Positions 1 to 11,937 of a stretch of DNA of 64,000 nucleotides are shown here, one piece after another. The position numbers and the translations under genes are program-made. The notes beneath the pieces are model-generated. The model did no database searches and was not told the DNA's origin. It worked only from the letters and a program-made list of their open reading frames with translations. Source of the DNA: Candidatus Azambacteria bacterium. Its GTDB lineage: Bacteria > Patescibacteriota > Minisyncoccia > GWC2-36-17 > WO2-46-25. The stretch is taken from positions 5,801 to 69,800 of the forward strand of contig JACRAK010000019.1 of the NCBI GenBank assembly GCA_016234725.1, given 5' to 3'. The stretch's first letter is position 1. Each line of letters begins with the position of its first letter.

Positions 1-777
<777 letters not shown>

Positions 778-835
778 GCATAGTTCTCCTGTGCGCTCTT
801 CCATTTTCTTGCAAAAAGACGTATAATCAGTTGCT

Positions 836-3649
836 ATGAAAAGAAAGGACGTTTTCCAGTACGGGAAAATAGTCATCTCTGGTGCGCGGGCGCACAACCT
901 CAAGGATGTGCATTGCGAGCTTCCGCGCAACCGATTTGTCGTCATCACGGGGCTTTCCGGATCAGGGAAGTCTTCTCTTGCATTTGATACGCTCTACGCC
1001 GAAGGGCAGCGGCGGTATGTGGAATCGCTTTCCTCGTACGCGCGCCAGTTTCTGGGCGTTATGGATAAGCCCGACGTCGACAAGATCGAAGGGCTTTCGC
1101 CGGCGATCTCTATCGACCAAAAAAGCGTATCGCCGAACCCGCGCTCTACGGTGGGCACGATCACCGAGATCTACGATCATCTCCGGCTTTTATTTGCGCG
1201 TCTGGGCGTGCCGCATTGTCCCGAGTGCGGGAGGCCTGTGGCGCGCCAGACATCCACGCAGATCACCGATGCCATCATGAAGCTTGAAAAAGGAAGGGAG
1301 ATCGCCATACTTGCGGCGTTGGTGAAAGATAAAAAAGGGGAGCATAAGAATATCATCGAGAACGTCACGAAGGCGGGGTACCTGCGCGTGCGCATGAACG
1401 GCGATATCCTGCCGGTGGACGAAGCGGCGCGCGTGCAGTTGGATAAATACAAAAAACATACGATCGAAGTGGTGGTGGACCGGGTCGTCGTGGAGCCGCG
1501 CATGGACAGGGCGCGGTTAGCCGATTCGGTGGAAACCGCGTTGCGGCTCGGGGAGGGAATGATGCTGGCCTCGACCGCGGGCAAGGACGATCTCGTCTTT
1601 TCAGAGCGCTTTGCATGCGTGCATTGCGGCATTTCTATTCCCGATATCGAACCGCGAAGTTTTTCATTCAATAGCCCGCATGGCGCATGCGCGGCATGTG
1701 CGGGGCTGGGGAAAAAATTAAAAGTGGAGCCATCGCTCCTTATTCACAACCCGCGTCTCACGATCGCGGAAGGCGCTATCAAGCCGGTCCAGCCCTCGGT
1801 ATACAGTCCGCTGTGGGTCGCGCTTGAGGATCTTTCCCATCATCTCGGGTTTTCCGTTGAAGAAACGCCGATAGAAAAATTTCCAAAAGAAACGCTTCAT
1901 GCGGTGCTCTATGGAAGCGGTACGCCGTATTTTGAAGGGATCATTCCGCATCTCGAACGGCGCTGGCAGGAAACGGATTCCGATTGGGTACGGTCGGAAG
2001 TGGAAAAATACATGGTAGTGCATAAATGCGCCTCGTGCGGCGGCAAACGGTTGAAGAAAGAAGCGCTCGCGGTGCTGTTTCATGAGAAAAATATCGCGGA
2101 AGTCGCCGCGCTTTCCATTGTCGATTGCGGAAAATTCTTCCGGTCGCTGAAACTGGCGCATACGGAAGGAAAGATAGCCGTGCAGATCATCAAAGAAATA
2201 CTCAACCGGCTCACCTTTCTTGAAGACGTCGGGCTTTCGTATCTGTCACTCGATCGAGAATCGGAGACGCTGTCGGGCGGTGAAGCCCAGCGCATCCGCC
2301 TTGCGACGCAGATCGGGTCGCGGCTCGTCGGGGTGTTGTATATCCTTGATGAACCGTCCATCGGCCTTCATCCGCGCGATAACACGAAACTCATCGACAC
2401 GCTCAAAGGATTGCGCGATCTCGGCAACACGGTGATCGTGGTGGAGCATGACGAAGAAACGATCCTTTCTGCCGATTGGGTGGTGGAGATCGGGCCCGGC
2501 GCGGGCGCGGAAGGTGGGAAGATCGTGTTTGAAGGAACGCCCGCAGAAATGAAAAAAGCGCGCACAATCACCGGCGCATATCTTTCCGGGAAAAAAAGCG
2601 CGCCGTCAGAAAGCATAAAGATACGGAAAGACGCATTGCCGCGCAGCGAGGGGCCCCAGCAATTCGCCGAGATCAAAGGCGCGAAAGCAAATAATCTCAA
2701 AAATATCGATGCGAGCATCCCGCTTGAGAAGCTCGTGTGCGTGACCGGCGTGTCGGGGTCGGGTAAAAGCACGCTCGTGGACGACATTCTCGCCAAAGCG
2801 CTCGCGCAGAAGCTCTATCAGGCAAAAGCGGCGCCCGGCGCGCATGACGCGATACTCGGCATAGAGCGGCTGAATAAGGTCATTTATGTCGACCAGTCGC
2901 CGATCGGGAGAACGCCGCGCTCAAACCCCGCGACATACACCGGCGCGTTTACCATTATTCGCGATCTGTTCGCCTCCACGCAGGAGGCGAAAATACGCGG
3001 ATACAAGCCGGGGCGGTTCAGTTTTAACGTGAAAGGCGGGAGGTGCGAGGTGTGCGAAGGGCAGGGTCAGCGAAGGATAGAAATGCATTTCTTGCCTGAT
3101 GTGTATGTGGAGTGCGAAGAATGCCACGGCACGCGGTTCAATAAAGAAGCGCTTGAGATCGATTGGAAAGAAAAGAACATTGCGGAAGTGCTGCGTATGA
3201 GCATTGAAGAGGCATACGTGTTCTTCAAGAACGTGCCGCAACTGCGGAATATCCTTTCTACTTTGCGCGAAGTGGGGCTTGGGTACGTCCAGCTTGGCCA
3301 GAGCGCGACGACGTTGTCGGGCGGCGAGGCGCAGCGCATCAAACTCGCCGATGAGCTTGCGCGCCGCGACACCGGGTCAACGCTGTATATTTTAGACGAG
3401 CCCACGACGGGGCTTCATTTCGAAGACGTTTCCAAGCTGCTTATCGTGTTGCGGCGGCTGGTGAACAAGCGCAATACGGTCGTCGTGATCGAGCATAATC
3501 TCGACGTGATCGAGGCAAGCGATTGGATCATTGATCTTGGCCCCGACGGCGGCGATAAAGGCGGGTATGTCGTGGCGCAGGGCACGCCCAAAGACGTGGC
3601 AAAGACGGCAAAAAGCTACACAGGACAGTTTTTAAAGGATAGGGTATAA
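836..3649 (+). CDS. uvrA: excinuclease ABC subunit A
   Basis: 937 aa with two ABC ATPase halves ([20 protein letters not shown]), signature LSGGEAQRI twice and Zn-finger cysteines. Confidence 0.95.
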   Translation: MKRKDVFQYGKIVISGARAHNLKDVHCELPRNRFVVITGLSGSGKSSLAFDTLYAEGQRRYVESLSSYARQFLGVMDKPDVDKIEGLSPAISIDQKSVSPNPRSTVGTITEIYDHLRLLFARLGVPHCPECGRPVARQTSTQITDAIMKLEKGREIAILAALVKDKKGEHKNIIENVTKAGYLRVRMNGDILPVDEAARVQLDKYKKHTIEVVVDRVVVEPRMDRARLADSVETALRLGEGMMLASTAGKDDLVFSERFACVHCGISIPDIEPRSFSFNSPHGACAACAGLGKKLKVEPSLLIHNPRLTIAEGAIKPVQPSVYSPLWVALEDLSHHLGFSVEETPIEKFPKETLHAVLYGSGTPYFEGIIPHLERRWQETDSDWVRSEVEKYMVVHKCASCGGKRLKKEALAVLFHEKNIAEVAALSIVDCGKFFRSLKLAHTEGKIAVQIIKEILNRLTFLEDVGLSYLSLDRESETLSGGEAQRIRLATQIGSRLVGVLYILDEPSIGLHPRDNTKLIDTLKGLRDLGNTVIVVEHDEETILSADWVVEIGPGAGAEGGKIVFEGTPAEMKKARTITGAYLSGKKSAPSESIKIRKDALPRSEGPQQFAEIKGAKANNLKNIDASIPLEKLVCVTGVSGSGKSTLVDDILAKALAQKLYQAKAAPGAHDAILGIERLNKVIYVDQSPIGRTPRSNPATYTGAFTIIRDLFASTQEAKIRGYKPGRFSFNVKGGRCEVCEGQGQRRIEMHFLPDVYVECEECHGTRFNKEALEIDWKEKNIAEVLRMSIEEAYVFFKNVPQLRNILSTLREVGLGYVQLGQSATTLSGGEAQRIKLADELARRDTGSTLYILDEPTTGLHFEDVSKLLIVLRRLVNKRNTVVVIEHNLDVIEASDWIIDLGPDGGDKGGYVVAQGTPKDVAKTAKSYTGQFLKDRV

Positions 3650-3670
3650 TAAAAACATACTATTTTTATT

Positions 3671-4231
3671 ATGGTCACCCGTAAAACACTGCTTATACTT
3701 CTCGCGCTTGCAGCAGTTCTTTTTGTGGCGGCATGTGTTGCGGTATTTTTCTTGTATCGCGCGGTAGTGCCCACGGCGCCGAAAGCAGGGGAGAAGGTGG
3801 TCGTAGCGCAAGCAAAATACATCAAAGGGAACGCCTCGTTTTTTTACCCGGCGCAGTGGCACGAGAACGATATCCCCGCTTCCCCCGGTATGATATCCGT
3901 ACAGGTGGTTGATACGGAGGATAGCATCGTGTTTGTCGCTTCATCGGCCGAGAAGTTGAACGATCCCAAAATGAGCGGCACGCTGGTGCGCGAAGAGAGT
4001 ATCACGGTGGGCGGCATTTTCGGCAAAGAGCGCCGGTGGGAAAATATGGAATCGCAAACGGTTGTCTTTCGCGCGGATGATGTGAGGTTCGAAAGGAAAT
4101 ATTATCGGTTTGAGATGTTCGGGACCTTAAGCAGAAAGGTGAAGATGGAGAGCGAATGGGAAAACATACTGAGATCGGTGCAATTCGAGAAGGGAAGCGA
4201 GGAAGGGATCACTGCAACACCTCAAGAATAA
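3671..4231 (+). CDS. hypothetical membrane-anchored protein
   Basis: N-terminal TM helix followed by a soluble domain. Codon usage is consistent with its neighbours. Confidence 0.5.
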   Translation: MVTRKTLLILLALAAVLFVAACVAVFFLYRAVVPTAPKAGEKVVVAQAKYIKGNASFFYPAQWHENDIPASPGMISVQVVDTEDSIVFVASSAEKLNDPKMSGTLVREESITVGGIFGKERRWENMESQTVVFRADDVRFERKYYRFEMFGTLSRKVKMESEWENILRSVQFEKGSEEGITATPQE

Positions 4232-4234
4232 ATT

Positions 4235-5437
4235 ATGAAGGACTTGAAGATCTTCTCCGTTTCCGAATACGTGGAGCGCTTGAACGCGCTTTTATATGAA
4301 CACGATGCAGTGGTTGAAGGCGAGGTCTCGGAATATCGGGTCAACCAGCAAAAGTGGATATTTTTTAAGATCAAGGACGAAGGAGCGGTGCTCGAATGTT
4401 TCAGCACCGTGTTTCGCATCCGTGCACCGCTTGAAGACGGGATGCGCGTACGCGTCTATGGCAGGCCGGGCATTTATGCAAAAAGCGGGCGCTTGAGCAT
4501 GAACGTCGAATGGGCAGAGCCCGCGGGCGAGGGCGCGCTGAAGCGCGCGTTCGAGCTGTTGAAAGCGGAGCTTGAAAAAGAGGGGTTGTTCGCACAAGGC
4601 CGTAAGCGCCCATTGCCGAGCATTCCGAGGACGATAGGGCTTATCGCGTCGAAAGAATCCGCGGCATACGGCGACTTTTTGAAAGTATTGGGCCAGCGCT
4701 TCGGCGGACTCACGATATATGTCATGCATGTGCAGGTGCAGGGCGCGGAAGCGGTTTCGAATATCGCAGATGCATTCGCGTATTTCAATGCGCATCACAA
4801 AGAGCTCGGGCTTGATTGTATCGCGCTCATCCGCGGCGGCGGGTCGCTTGAAGATCTTGCGGCGTTCAATTCGCGCGAGGTGGCGTATGCGGTTTTTGGG
4901 TCCGTGGTGCCGGTGGTGGTGGGCGTGGGGCATGAGCAGGATGTTTCGATCGCCGATTTCGTCGCGGATCTTCGCGCATCAACGCCGTCAAATGCGGCGG
5001 AGCTTATGGTGCCGCACCGTGCCGATATCGCGCGGTTCGTCGATGCAATGGCAAACACCATGACGTATCAAATGGATACGCTCCAGAGCGACGCGCGAAC
5101 GCGCATCGATGATGCGGTGGGCGCGCTCGACGGGGTGGTAACGGCGCGGTCCCACGAGATAGGCCGGATGCAGGAGCGCATTTTCCTTCGTTTGAATTTT
5201 TTTCACGAGCGGACTATAATGCAGCGGTCAAAAATCGACGGGTTGGTCCGCTTGATGCGGAGTTTCAGCCCTCACGCGGTGCTTGAGCGGGGGTATGCGA
5301 TCGTGAAGAAAGGGGGCGAGGTGGTGTCAAGCATCCGCAATCTCAAGCCGAAAGATTTAGTGTATGTGGAATTGAAAGATGGTGGATTTTCTGCTAACGT
5401 ATTGAATCAGGAATCCAGAATCAGGAATGAAGAATAA
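4235..5437 (+). CDS. xseA: exodeoxyribonuclease VII large subunit
   Basis: 400 aa with an N-terminal OB fold and an ExoVII_L core (GGGS.EDL, RASTPS). The small-subunit gene follows directly. Confidence 0.85.
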   Translation: MKDLKIFSVSEYVERLNALLYEHDAVVEGEVSEYRVNQQKWIFFKIKDEGAVLECFSTVFRIRAPLEDGMRVRVYGRPGIYAKSGRLSMNVEWAEPAGEGALKRAFELLKAELEKEGLFAQGRKRPLPSIPRTIGLIASKESAAYGDFLKVLGQRFGGLTIYVMHVQVQGAEAVSNIADAFAYFNAHHKELGLDCIALIRGGGSLEDLAAFNSREVAYAVFGSVVPVVVGVGHEQDVSIADFVADLRASTPSNAAELMVPHRADIARFVDAMANTMTYQMDTLQSDARTRIDDAVGALDGVVTARSHEIGRMQERIFLRLNFFHERTIMQRSKIDGLVRLMRSFSPHAVLERGYAIVKKGGEVVSSIRNLKPKDLVYVELKDGGFSANVLNQESRIRNEE

Positions 5438-5476
5438 TCTGTGGCACACATTCATAATTCCTTATTCATAATTCAT
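5403..5476. repeat. intergenic tandem-octamer palindrome (gaatcagg x3, then the reverse complement attcctta/attcata)
   Basis: Read directly: gaatcaggaatccagaatcaggaatgaagaat ... cattcataattccttattcataattcat. Confidence 0.7.
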
Positions 5477-5678
5477 GAGCAAAAAATTTGATTTTGCAAA
5501 AGCATATCAGCGGCTGGAAGAACTCACCAAGCAGTTTGAGTCCGGCGAGCTGTCGCTTGAAGAGGGGCTGAAGCGGTTTGAGGAAGGGCTTGCGCTCGCA
5601 TCAGAGTGCCGGCAATATCTCGCGCAGGTGGAGAATAAGATCGTCGAGATAAAAAAGAAATTCAACGTAAAAGAGTAG
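5475..5678 (+). CDS. xseB: exodeoxyribonuclease VII small subunit
   Basis: 67 aa; FE..LE.LE.IV..LE.GELSLEE...F..G motif; lies downstream of xseA. Confidence 0.8.
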   Translation: MSKKFDFAKAYQRLEELTKQFESGELSLEEGLKRFEEGLALASECRQYLAQVENKIVEIKKKFNVKE

Positions 5679-5680
5679 CC

Positions 5681-5760
5681 CATAAAGTCTCTAAAGTCGA
5701 AAGTCCATAAAGTGATGAATTTTACTTTTGACTTTAAGGACTTTACAGACTTTATTGACT
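5681..5760. repeat. intergenic tandem-octamer palindrome (cataaagt units, then actttaag/actttaca units)
   Basis: cataaagtctctaaagtcgaaagtccataaagt ... acttttgactttaaggactttacagactttatt. Confidence 0.7.
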
Positions 5761-5767
5761 TAATTCT

Positions 5768-6415
5768 ATGAAAGACCACATCGTTTTCGATCTGGAAACA
5801 CAGCATGAGTTTTCCGAAGTAGGAGGAAGGGACTATCCTCATTTATTGAAGGTGTCCGTGGTGGGGTGCTATTCATACGTGCAGGATAAATTTTTTACGT
5901 TCGAAGAGGCGGAGATCCCGGCATTTGAAGCGATGCTCAAAAACGCGGGGCTCGTCATCGGGTTCAATACGAAGTATTTTGATTACGCGGTTATCCAGCC
6001 GTATCTGAAAGAGGTGGTGATAAAAACATTGCCTGCATGCGACCTTATGGAGGATGTTACGAATGTGCTCGGCCATCGGCTTTCGCTTGATTCGATCGCG
6101 CAGGCGACGCTCGGTACGCAGAAAAGCGGGCACGGGCTTGATGCGATCCGCTATTTCCGGGAAGGGAACATGAAAAAGCTTAAAAGCTATTGTCTTGACG
6201 ATGTGCGCATTACCCGCGATATCTTCGAATACGGAAAAGAGCACGGCAATGTGAAATATAGCTCGAAATACAGCCCTGATCTGAATTCAGTTCCCGTGGA
6301 TTGGAAACAATACATTTCGCCTGCGGGCGAGCCTGTGTCTGCATCAGCATCCCTTTCCTCAGAAAAAGATGCGCCCTCGGTGAACCGCGAAACGGGAAAC
6401 TACTCTTTGTTTTGA
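5768..6415 (+). CDS. RNase H-like 3'-5' exonuclease family protein
   Basis: DEDD-like motifs (VFDLET, FN.KYFD, YCLDD) with a low-complexity C-terminal tail. Confidence 0.55.
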   Translation: MKDHIVFDLETQHEFSEVGGRDYPHLLKVSVVGCYSYVQDKFFTFEEAEIPAFEAMLKNAGLVIGFNTKYFDYAVIQPYLKEVVIKTLPACDLMEDVTNVLGHRLSLDSIAQATLGTQKSGHGLDAIRYFREGNMKKLKSYCLDDVRITRDIFEYGKEHGNVKYSSKYSPDLNSVPVDWKQYISPAGEPVSASASLSSEKDAPSVNRETGNYSLF

Positions 6416-6486
6416 GATCTTGAAACATGAATCTTGAAACTCGAATCTTATGTTTCGGGTTTCAGGTTTTACGTTTCAAGTTTTAA
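6415..6486. repeat. intergenic tandem-octamer palindrome (cttgaaac units, then gtttcagg/gtttcaag units)
   Basis: tcttgaaacatgaatcttgaaactcgaatc ... gtttcgggtttcaggttttacgtttcaagtt. Confidence 0.7.
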
Positions 6487-6491
6487 GCTTC

Positions 6492-7700
6492 ATGAAGCGA
6501 ATCTACCTCGATTATGCGGCGACAACGCCGGTCGATAAAAAAGTGCTTGCGGCCATAATGCCGTATTTTTCCGAGCGGTTCGGCAATCCATCATCGGTGC
6601 ACGGGTATGGGCAAGAGGCGCTCGTGGCGCTTGATCGCGCGCGCCACGCGGTGGCGGATATGCTCGGGTGTTTGAGCCAAGAAGTGATATTTACCGGTTC
6701 CGCGACAGAGGCAAATAATCTCGCGCTCGGCGGGGTTGTGCACCAAGCCCTGGAAAAGGGAAAGCCCGTGCACATCATCACCTCCTCGATAGAACACGAA
6801 TCGGTGGAAAACCCGCTCATGCAGCTTGCGCAGGGTCCGAATGTTTCGGTGACGCATATCCCTGTTTCTCGAGACGGGTTCATTGACTTGGATAAGTTTC
6901 AAAAAGCGCTTACCGGGCATACGGTGTTGGTTTCCGTTATCTATGCGAATAATGAGATCGGCACGACCCAGCCGATCTCCCGAATCGCGGATATCATACG
7001 AACGCATAATAAAAAGTTTCAGGTTTTCCCCCTGCGGGGGATCTCCCGAAGGGAGACAAGTTTCAAGTCCAAAGTTCTGTTCCACACCGATGCGGCACAG
7101 GCGGCATATTATCTGAACATGAAAACAGATGAGCTGGGCGTCGACCTGATGACGCTCTCCGGGCACAAGATGTACGCGCCCAAAGGCGTCGGAGTGTTGT
7201 ACGTGAAAAAAGGAACGCCGCTGACACCATTGATAGTGGGGAGCGGGCAGGAATACGGAAAACGGTCCGGTACGGAAAATATTCCCGGCATTGTGGGTAT
7301 GGGCGAGGCATGCGCGCAGATACAGGAAAATAAGGAAATAGTGGAAAAAATAAAAAAATTGCGCGACTATTTTATTGCAGAAGTGCTGGGGAAAATTAAT
7401 ATCGCCTCACTTAACGGCGCACAGGAAAATCGTTTACCGGGAAATGCGAACATGCTGTTTAAAGGCGTTCGTGCGCAGGATCTTATCGTGATGCTTGACG
7501 GCGAGGGGGTCGCGGTGTCTGCGGGGTCCGCGTGCCAGTCCAAGGCGCTTGCATTTTCGCACGTGCTTTCGGCGATCGGGCTTTCCGAGAAAGACGCGCG
7601 ATCGTCCATACGGTTCTCGTTCGGCAAATATACGACAAAAAAAGACATTGACTACACCGTTGCGGTCTTAGTAAAATTGATAAAAACATTATATAAATAA
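6492..7700 (+). CDS. cysteine desulfurase (IscS/NifS family, class V aminotransferase)
   Basis: RIYLDYAATTP, HTDAAQ, SGHKMY.PKG and the catalytic SAGSAC loop. Start chosen at MKRIYLDY; the upstream 14 codons lie in the repeat element. Confidence 0.85.
   Translation: MKRIYLDYAATTPVDKKVLAAIMPYFSERFGNPSSVHGYGQEALVALDRARHAVADMLGCLSQEVIFTGSATEANNLALGGVVHQALEKGKPVHIITSSIEHESVENPLMQLAQGPNVSVTHIPVSRDGFIDLDKFQKALTGHTVLVSVIYANNEIGTTQPISRIADIIRTHNKKFQVFPLRGISRRETSFKSKVLFHTDAAQAAYYLNMKTDELGVDLMTLSGHKMYAPKGVGVLYVKKGTPLTPLIVGSGQEYGKRSGTENIPGIVGMGEACAQIQENKEIVEKIKKLRDYFIAEVLGKINIASLNGAQENRLPGNANMLFKGVRAQDLIVMLDGEGVAVSAGSACQSKALAFSHVLSAIGLSEKDARSSIRFSFGKYTTKKDIDYTVAVLVKLIKTLYK
7016..7067 (+). repeat. 35-nt double-hairpin element (gttttccccctgcgggggatctcccgaagggagac) flanked by gtttcagg/gtttcaag, inserted in frame in the desulfurase CDS
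   Basis: Two hairpins, ccccc-tgc-ggggg and tctccc-gaa-gggaga. A near-identical copy (1 mismatch) lies at 16011-16045. It adds about 16 aa (FQVFPLRGISRRETSFK) before the conserved VLFHTDAAQ. Confidence 0.8.
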
Positions 7701-7714
7701 CCTTTTTATATACT

Positions 7715-8968
7715 ATGTCTCCTATTTTTAAAACCATTCTTGTTGCGTCATTGGCGTCGCTTGTTGTTTCCGTTCTTTTATTTGTCGGCCTTATCGGCAT
7801 TATGCAAACCGCCGGCATCGACTTTTTAGGTATGGGGTTTGGAAGATATCTTCCCGAGCGGGTGATCATAAAGGAAACGGTAAAAGAACCGCAGGTGGTT
7901 GAGAAATATATTCCCCAGACCACGCAGGAACAGATGATCGTGGACATCGTGAAGCGGTCGCAGGATGCGGTCGTGTCAGTGATCGCTACAAAGGATCTTC
8001 CGGTATTGGAACAGTCGTTCGTCGATCCGTTCCAGGGGTTCGGGTTTCCTAATGATTTTTTCGGCGGGTTGCAGGTCCCGCAATATCAGCAGAAAGGAAC
8101 GGAAAAGAGAGAGGTTTCTTCCGGTACGGGCTTCATCGTTTCGTCCGACGGCCTTGTGCTGACCAATAAGCATGTCGTGAGTGATGACAATGCGGAGTTC
8201 ACGGTGCTTATGAACAATGGCGACAAATACCCCGCGACAGTGCTTGCGCGCGACCCGGTGCAAGATATCGCCATTCTTAAGATAGAGAAAAAAGGCCTTT
8301 CGGTGCTTGCGCTCGGCGATTCGGATGCCATTGAAACAGGGCAGACGGTGATCGCGATCGGCAACGCGCTCGGGGAATTCCGTAACACGGTGTCGGTGGG
8401 CGTTATTTCGGGAATGTGGCGCACGATAACCGCGCAGGGCGGCGGCACGATGGAAACGCTTGAAGATCTCATTCAAACGGACGCGGCGATCAACCCGGGG
8501 AACTCCGGCGGGCCGCTGTTCAATCTTGCGGGCGAGGTGATCGGCATCAATACCGCGATGTCGCAAGCGGCGCAAAACATCGGGTTTGCGCTTCCGGTGA
8601 ATAAGGCAAAACGCGATATCGAGCAGGTAAAAAAGACAGGAAAGATAAGTTATCCGTTCCTCGGTGTGCGGTATGTGCTTATTGATGCCGATCTGCAAAA
8701 GAAAAATGATCTCCTGGTCGATTACGGCGCGCTGATCTCGCGCGGGGAAACGAGCGCCGATCTCGCGGTAACGCCCGGCTCTCCCGCCGACATCGCCGGT
8801 ATCGTTGAAAATGATATTATTCTTGAGGCAAACGGCAAGAAGATCACGAAAGATAATCCGCTCGCAAAGACAATTCAGGCGAGCAAAGTAGGGGACGCGA
8901 TTCGTTTGAAAGTGCTTCATAAAGGAACGGAAAAAACAGTCACCGCAACGCTCGCTGAGCGGAAGTAG
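7715..8968 (+). CDS. htrA: HtrA/DegP-family periplasmic serine protease (trypsin domain plus PDZ)
   Basis: N-terminal TM, catalytic H (TNKHVV), D (DIAILKI) and S (GNSGGPL), and a C-terminal PDZ. Confidence 0.85.
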   Translation: MSPIFKTILVASLASLVVSVLLFVGLIGIMQTAGIDFLGMGFGRYLPERVIIKETVKEPQVVEKYIPQTTQEQMIVDIVKRSQDAVVSVIATKDLPVLEQSFVDPFQGFGFPNDFFGGLQVPQYQQKGTEKREVSSGTGFIVSSDGLVLTNKHVVSDDNAEFTVLMNNGDKYPATVLARDPVQDIAILKIEKKGLSVLALGDSDAIETGQTVIAIGNALGEFRNTVSVGVISGMWRTITAQGGGTMETLEDLIQTDAAINPGNSGGPLFNLAGEVIGINTAMSQAAQNIGFALPVNKAKRDIEQVKKTGKISYPFLGVRYVLIDADLQKKNDLLVDYGALISRGETSADLAVTPGSPADIAGIVENDIILEANGKKITKDNPLAKTIQASKVGDAIRLKVLHKGTEKTVTATLAERK

Positions 8969-9180
8969 GAGCCGCGACTCGCTCCTCCCTTTCGATTCTT
9001 TCTTGCCCCGTCATTTGTTTATACATACACTGAATTACGTGTTTTATTAGCGATAGCATAATAAACGTGTAATTTAGAAAAAAGAGGAAGACGGGGCAAG
9101 AAAGAATCGAAAGGGAGGGGCTCGCTGGATTGCTGTTTGTTGCCAATCGTTTCACTCTTGGACAAACAGGGAACATCTCG
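8965..9180. repeat. composite intergenic repeat region
   Basis: A 31-bp inverted repeat (8982-9012 against 9090-9118, 29/31 bp) encloses an AT-rich loop. A copy of the dispersed 'cgattggcgacaaacagcagtccagcgag' family lies in reverse orientation at 9120-9170. Confidence 0.7.
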
Positions 9181-9193
9181 TACCCGCGAAGAA

Positions 9194-9224
9194 TTAGCAC
9201 TCTTGACCAAGGAGTGCTAATTTG
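9194..9224 (+). terminator. putative intrinsic terminator (ttagcactc-ttgaccaag-gagtgctaa, then ttt)
   Basis: 9-bp perfect stem followed by a T-rich run, downstream of htrA. Confidence 0.4.
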
Positions 9225-9243
9225 TATATACTGGAAATCATGG

Positions 9244-9310
9244 ATCTTGAACCCTGAACCTTGAAACCTGTTGTGTCAAATGTTTCAAGTTTCACGTTTC
9301 AAGTTTCAGG
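9244..9310. repeat. intergenic tandem-octamer palindrome (cttgaacc/cttgaaac, then gtttcaag x3)
   Basis: tcttgaaccctgaaccttgaaacctg ... gtttcaagtttcacgtttcaagtttcagg. It overlaps the first 15 codons of the annotated long ORF. Confidence 0.7.
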
Positions 9311-9315
9311 AATGT

Positions 9316-11937
9316 ATGCAATTCAACAAATTTACTACCAAAGCGCAGGAGGCTATCTTTAAAGCGCAGGAGATCGCGGGGGCGCATGCGCAATTTCAGG
9401 TGGATACGGTGCATCTGCTCGATGCGCTTATTCGGCAGGAGGATTCCGCGGTGCTCACGGTGCTTTACAAGCTCGGGGTGAATGTGGAGCTGCTCAAAGG
9501 GCAGGTGGATCGCGCGGTGGAAACGGGCGAAAAAAGCCAGGTGAATATCCCGTTCGGGCAGGTATATGTCACGGCGGAATTGGCTAAGGTGTTTGAAAAA
9601 TCGGTGCAGATCGCATCGGTCATGAAAGACGACTATATTTCCACCGAACATCTTTTCTTGTCGCTTCTTGAGATCGATTCGCGCGCGAAAACAGCGCTCA
9701 CCGGTTTTCATATCACGTCGGATGCGGTGCTCAAAACGCTGGCATCGGTGCGCGGCGCGCAGCGGGTGACCGATCCGGAACCGGAAGGCAAATATCAGGT
9801 GCTTGAAAAGTATGCGAAGAATCTTACGCAATTCGCGCGGGGAAAAAAGCTCGATCCGGTGATCGGCAGGGATGACGAGATACGGCGCATCATGCAGGTG
9901 CTTTCGCGCCGCACGAAGAACAACCCCGTACTCATCGGTGAGCCGGGAACCGGCAAGACCGCGATCGTGGAGGGGCTCGCCCAGCGCATCGTGAATGAAG
10001 ACGTTCCCGAGTCGCTCAAAGGCAAGGAGGTCATTTCGCTTGATCTCGGTTCGCTTGTCGCGGGCACGAAGTATCGCGGCGAATTCGAAGACCGGCTCAA
10101 AGCGGTGCTCAAAGAGATCACGCGCAATGCGGGGAAAATAATCCTTTTTATCGATGAACTGCATATGCTGGTGGGCGCGGGTGCGGCCGAGGGCGCGATC
10201 GACGCGGCGAATCTGTTAAAACCCGCGCTTGCGCGCGGCGAATTGCGCGCGGTCGGCGCGACCACGTTAAAGGAATATCAAAAGCACATCGAAAAAGATC
10301 AGGCGCTTGAGCGGCGCTTTCAGCCCATTGTGGTAAGCGAGCCGTCGGTGGAAGATACCATTGCGATCCTGCGCGGCATTAAGGAAAAATATGAAATGCA
10401 CCACGGCGTGCGCATCATGGACCCTGCGATCGTGGCGGCCGCGACCTTGTCGAGCCGGTACATTTCAGACAGGTTCCTCCCGGATAAAGCGGTGGACCTT
10501 ATCGACGAGGCGGCATCCGCTTTGCGCATGGAGATCGATTCAATGCCGCAAGACCTCGATCAGGCGAAGCGCGAAATGATGAAGCTTGAGATCGAACAGG
10601 AGGCATTGAAAAAGGAAACCGACCCCGTGTCAAAAGACCGGCTTAAGAACATCAAGCGCGCGCTTGCCGAATTGAAGGAAAAGACGAGCGACCTTGAGCT
10701 CCAGTGGAAAACGGAGCGAGATATCATTGCCGGAATTCGTGAATTCAAAAAAGAAGCGGATGCCTTGCGCCAACAAGCGGAAATAAAAGAGCGCGCCGCC
10801 GACCTGCAAAAGGTAGCGGAAATTCGATACGGAAAAATTCCCGACATAGAAAAAAAAATCGCGGCCCAAGAGACAAAGTTGAAACAAATGCAGAAATCGC
10901 GGCGTATTCTCAAAGAGGAGGTCTCTGAAGAAGATATTGCGAATGTGGTATCGAAATGGACGGGCATCCCGGTCTCAAAAATGCTCGCAGAAGAAGCGAA
11001 GCGCCTGCTTGATATGGAACAGGAACTGAAACGGCGCGTCGTGGGGCAAAGCGAAGCGATCACTGCGGTCGCGCATGCGATCCGCCGTTCGCGGGCGGGT
11101 ATTTCCGACAGGCGCAAACCGATCGGTACGTTCATGTTCCTTGGTCCCACGGGCGTGGGAAAAACCGAGCTTGCAAAAGCGATCGCGGAGTTTATGTTCC
11201 AGTCGGAAGGCGCGATGATACGGCTTGATATGTCCGAGTATATGGAGCGGCATTCCGCCGCGAAAATGATCGGGTCTCCGCCGGGGTATGTGGGGTATGA
11301 GGAAGGCGGCCAGCTTACGGAAATGGTGCGCCGCCGCCCGTATAGCGTGGTGCTGTTCGATGAGATAGAAAAAGCGCATCCCGAAACGTTCCATATGCTC
11401 CTGCAGATATTGGACGAGGGAACGCTGACCGACGCAAAAGGAAGGAAGGTGAATTTCAAAAACACGATCATCGTCATGACCTCCAATGTCGGTTCCGAGC
11501 TGATCGCGGAAGCGGGCACGCTCGGATTCACGGGTGAGAAAGGCGCGCGCGGGCTGACGTATGAGGAAATTTCAGACAGGGTGAAATCATCGCTCAAAGA
11601 GCATTTCCGCCCCGAGTTCCTGAATCGGCTCGATGAGATCGTGGTTTTTCACCAGCTTACGAAGGAGGATCTCATGGATATCGTGGATATCAATCTTGCA
11701 CGGGTTGCGGAAAATCTTGCCGAGCGGCAGATCAAAATAAAAGTAGGCAAAAAAGCGAAAGAGTTTTTGGTTGATGCGTGCAAGGACGTTCACTTTGGCG
11801 CGCGGCCTCTTCAGCGTCTTGTTGCGCAGTATGTGCTTGATCCTATTTCAGAAAAGATCCTCAAAGGAGAAATTATCGACGGCTCGTCTGTGCTCGTTGA
11901 CGCCAAGGATGGTACAATGGTGATAGAGGCGAAATAG
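9316..11937 (+). CDS. clpB: ATP-dependent chaperone ClpB
   Basis: Two AAA+ modules ([16 protein letters not shown]) and a middle coiled coil. Start chosen at MQFNKFT; the upstream in-frame codons are repeat sequence. Confidence 0.95.
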   Translation: MQFNKFTTKAQEAIFKAQEIAGAHAQFQVDTVHLLDALIRQEDSAVLTVLYKLGVNVELLKGQVDRAVETGEKSQVNIPFGQVYVTAELAKVFEKSVQIASVMKDDYISTEHLFLSLLEIDSRAKTALTGFHITSDAVLKTLASVRGAQRVTDPEPEGKYQVLEKYAKNLTQFARGKKLDPVIGRDDEIRRIMQVLSRRTKNNPVLIGEPGTGKTAIVEGLAQRIVNEDVPESLKGKEVISLDLGSLVAGTKYRGEFEDRLKAVLKEITRNAGKIILFIDELHMLVGAGAAEGAIDAANLLKPALARGELRAVGATTLKEYQKHIEKDQALERRFQPIVVSEPSVEDTIAILRGIKEKYEMHHGVRIMDPAIVAAATLSSRYISDRFLPDKAVDLIDEAASALRMEIDSMPQDLDQAKREMMKLEIEQEALKKETDPVSKDRLKNIKRALAELKEKTSDLELQWKTERDIIAGIREFKKEADALRQQAEIKERAADLQKVAEIRYGKIPDIEKKIAAQETKLKQMQKSRRILKEEVSEEDIANVVSKWTGIPVSKMLAEEAKRLLDMEQELKRRVVGQSEAITAVAHAIRRSRAGISDRRKPIGTFMFLGPTGVGKTELAKAIAEFMFQSEGAMIRLDMSEYMERHSAAKMIGSPPGYVGYEEGGQLTEMVRRRPYSVVLFDEIEKAHPETFHMLLQILDEGTLTDAKGRKVNFKNTIIVMTSNVGSELIAEAGTLGFTGEKGARGLTYEEISDRVKSSLKEHFRPEFLNRLDEIVVFHQLTKEDLMDIVDINLARVAENLAERQIKIKVGKKAKEFLVDACKDVHFGARPLQRLVAQYVLDPISEKILKGEIIDGSSVLVDAKDGTMVIEAK

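Noticed and set aside
9292-11597. Long antisense ORFs inside clpB (9292-10164 −, 10560-11597 −) and similar ones inside uvrA, the desulfurase, htrA and the surface protein
   Set aside because: They overlap strongly conserved sense-strand genes. Their products are low-complexity Arg/Ser/Pro-rich, which is typical of spurious reverse-frame ORFs in GC-biased coding DNA.
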